From the NCBI GenBank assembly GCA_043228905.1, contig JBHGNT010001445.1, positions 1 through 8,389 on the forward strand: 8,389 nt of DNA, read 5' to 3'. Below are positions 6,243 through 8,389 of the stretch, piece after piece. Origin of the DNA: Azolla caroliniana. Taxonomy: Eukaryota; Plantae; Polypodiophyta. A program made the translations under genes and the position numbers. How positions within the stretch are numbered: position 1 is the stretch's first letter; every line of letters begins with the position of its first letter. Below the pieces are notes generated by a model. It saw nothing but the letters and a program-made list of their open reading frames with translations, did no database searches and was not told where the DNA came from.

Positions 6243-8387
6243 TCCGCCCCCACCTAACCGCGCATCCACCGGTATGCGCCAAAATTGGGTTCTGGTTGGA
6301 GAAAACCGGTCCGGGTTCCGGTTCCTCGTCCATCGGTTCGTCCTCCGTTTCGGACTGTTCGTCGTCGCTGTCCAGGCCTCTTAGATCCGGTTCGCCGTCG
6401 TGGCGCTTCTTGAACGCTTTGATCCGCTTCCCTGCTACCGGTATCACCATCCTCGTACCGTCGAGTTCCGCCAGGTGATACGTCCCGTTGTCGTTGGCGC
6501 TCGTTACCACGTAAAGCCCGAACCACCGCTTTGCAAACTTCCGTGTTGCCCGGTGCTGGTTGTCGAGGCTGCTGTCGTAGACTAGCACCCAGTCGCCTTC
6601 CTCGATTTTCTTTGGTCGGAGCCGGTGCGTTCGGTCGAACCGGGCTTTGTTCCTCATCCTCGCCGTCCGAAGTCTCTCCGCCGCTCGTTCCACGTCCTCT
6701 GGCCTCCGCTCGAGCTGCCGTATACGCGCCGCTAGCAGTTCTGCCCAGCTCATCTTGTTTCTCCAGTCCACTATCGCCCAAGAGGAGATCGTCCGTTCCA
6801 TCGGCATGATCGGCTTCTGTCCGAACATGAGCTCTGACGGCATGAACCCGGTTACCGAACTGTGCGTTGTCCGGTCGCCCACAAGGCATAAGGTAACAGT
6901 CGTGGCCAGTTCCCGACCTGGCCTCCGCACGCCTGGACTAGCGCTTTGACGATCGGTCCGTGTTCGCGCTCCACCTTCCCGTTCGCCTCCGGATTGTACG
7001 CTGTGGTGAGCGAGAGCTTGACCCCTAACCGGTCGAACAACTCCTCGGCCTCTTCGGCGTCCAACTCCCCGCGGTCAGCCACGATCTTCCCGACGCACCC
7101 GTACCAGCATATCACGTCCTCGATCAGGAACCGACACACGACCGCGGTCGTTTTGTTCTGCAGGGCTCGGCCTTCCACCTGGTTCGTCAGGTCCTCCCGG
7201 GCCAACACCAGATATCGCATCTGCCCTACGCCCATCGGCATTGTCACCAAATCTACCATCCATTTGAAGTGGATGGCCGGAGGGTATGTAGGGTGAAGCT
7301 CGTCCCGATGTCGGACTATGGAGTGTATCTGACAACTCTCACAAGTTGTCACGAACCGATGCACGTCCCGGTACAGTCCCGATCACCAGTACTTCCCCTT
7401 TAGTTTCTCGAACGTGGCCCACGTCCCACGGTGTCCAGCCCAGGGGCTGTCGTGGTAGGCCTTCAACAACTCCTCCTGTTCCTCCTCCATCGCCACTACT
7501 CGGAGCGGGATGCCGTTTCTCTTCTTCGGGTGCTTCCACAAGTATCCGTCCCGGAGAAAGAATCGGTATGCTTTCTTCCGGATCCGGTTGGCCTCGTTCT
7601 TTGTCCATGACGCGTCCGGCGTCATCGTCCTCAAGAATCCCCCAATCTGCAGCCACTCCCCGTCGTACTTGCTCTCGTTGAAATCGTTAAGCGCCGGAGT
7701 GCTCCCCCCCTCGGTTATCACGTAAGCCGCCTCGAAGAAGTCCACGCCAACTTCCTCGTCCTCCGAAACCATGCCGCCCTCGTCGTCGAATCGCGCCCTC
7801 GAAAGCATGTCGGCCATGGCATTGTCTTTCCCGGAAATGTGTCGTATTTCCGGATCCAGGGACTTGATGTACGCTATCCACCTGAGCATTGCTAGGTCCG
7901 GGGTTGCGCATCTGGAAACCATATCAAGAATCGGCAGGCAGTCCGTCTCGATAATCACCTCTGTCCCGATCAAATAGTCTTTATCGGCCTTCACCACCGA
8001 AACGATACCCCAGAGTTCGCGTTTAACCTGGGCGTATCCTCGCTGTCGCTCGTTGAGGACCTTCGCGCCGAACCGGATTGGGAACCGAATGCCGTCCTCA
8101 TCTTCTTGGTTGAAGACCCATCCGATCCCGGTCGGACTTGTATCTACCGTTATGTAGATGGGAGTGCCTTTCTCGTAGACAACCTTCCGGAGTGCCGGAG
8201 CTGCAACAAGAGCCTCCTTCATCTTTCGGACCGACTCCGTATGCTCGTCTCGCCACTCGAATTTTCGCCCCTTTTTCAGCAACTCGTATAGCGGCTCGGC
8301 AACGTGGGCGTAATGCGGGATCCATATGTGGTAGAACGCGCATGCTCCCAAGAACCTCCGTACCTCCGTGACCGAGTTACAGTTGGG
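6235..8387 (-). pseudogene. pol: Gypsy pol (RT thumb/connection, RNase H, integrase), disrupted
   Basis: VRRFLGACAFY; RNase H residues in VDTS, KRELWG, ETDC and ADMLSR; HHCC (YHDSPWAGH...CESC); DDE (WMVDL, VADRG, KVEREH); GPY/F-like WFGLY..GTYHLAELDG. Nonsense TGA at 7383-7385 (expected YWW) and a 1-nt frameshift at about 6876 (YALWA|DRTTHS). Confidence 0.95.
6243..6255 (-). promoter_or_regulatory. Polypurine tract
   Basis: AGGTGGGGGCGGA immediately precedes the TG of the 3' LTR. Confidence 0.8.
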
Positions 8388-8389
8388 CT

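Larger units (their letters stand above)
5594..8389 (-). mobile_element. Non-chromovirus Ty3/Gypsy LTR retrotransposon (element C), 3' part; continues beyond the window
   Basis: RT connection-RNase H-integrase order, PPT, 3' LTR, and a sharp rise in GC and CpG content. No chromodomain. Assignment to a moss lineage such as Phygy is inference only. Confidence 0.95.

Noticed and set aside
6199-8371. Many plus-strand and alternative-frame ORFs over pol
   Set aside because: Shadow ORFs of GC-rich coding DNA with no recognisable motifs.

Overview
Eukaryotic, probably bryophyte (Physcomitrium-like; inferred) DNA made almost entirely of nested or adjacent transposon remnants, with no recognisable host gene. 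Left to right: (1) a degraded Tf1/sushi-Tcn1-like Ty3/Gypsy gag on the minus strand (about 339-1439) with a probable 5' LTR, a 162-bp in-frame duplication and a self-priming-type PBS; (2) a second related element on the plus strand, head-to-head with the first (LTR about 1741-2031, gag fragment 2181-2497); (3) a GA/GT-rich putative non-autonomous DNA element (about 2498-5593); (4) inside it, a 5'-truncated RTEX-like LINE on the minus strand (about 2671-5119), flanked by (GA)n on both sides. Its ORF1 and ORF2 are in one frame separated by UGA-CGG, and its RT core has been removed by an in-frame deletion; (5) a younger, GC-rich non-chromovirus Ty3/Gypsy element on the minus strand (3' LTR 5594-6242, PPT, and RNase H-integrase with one nonsense codon and one frameshift) running off the right edge. 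The LINE is the best candidate for something undescribed, but novelty cannot be established without searches.
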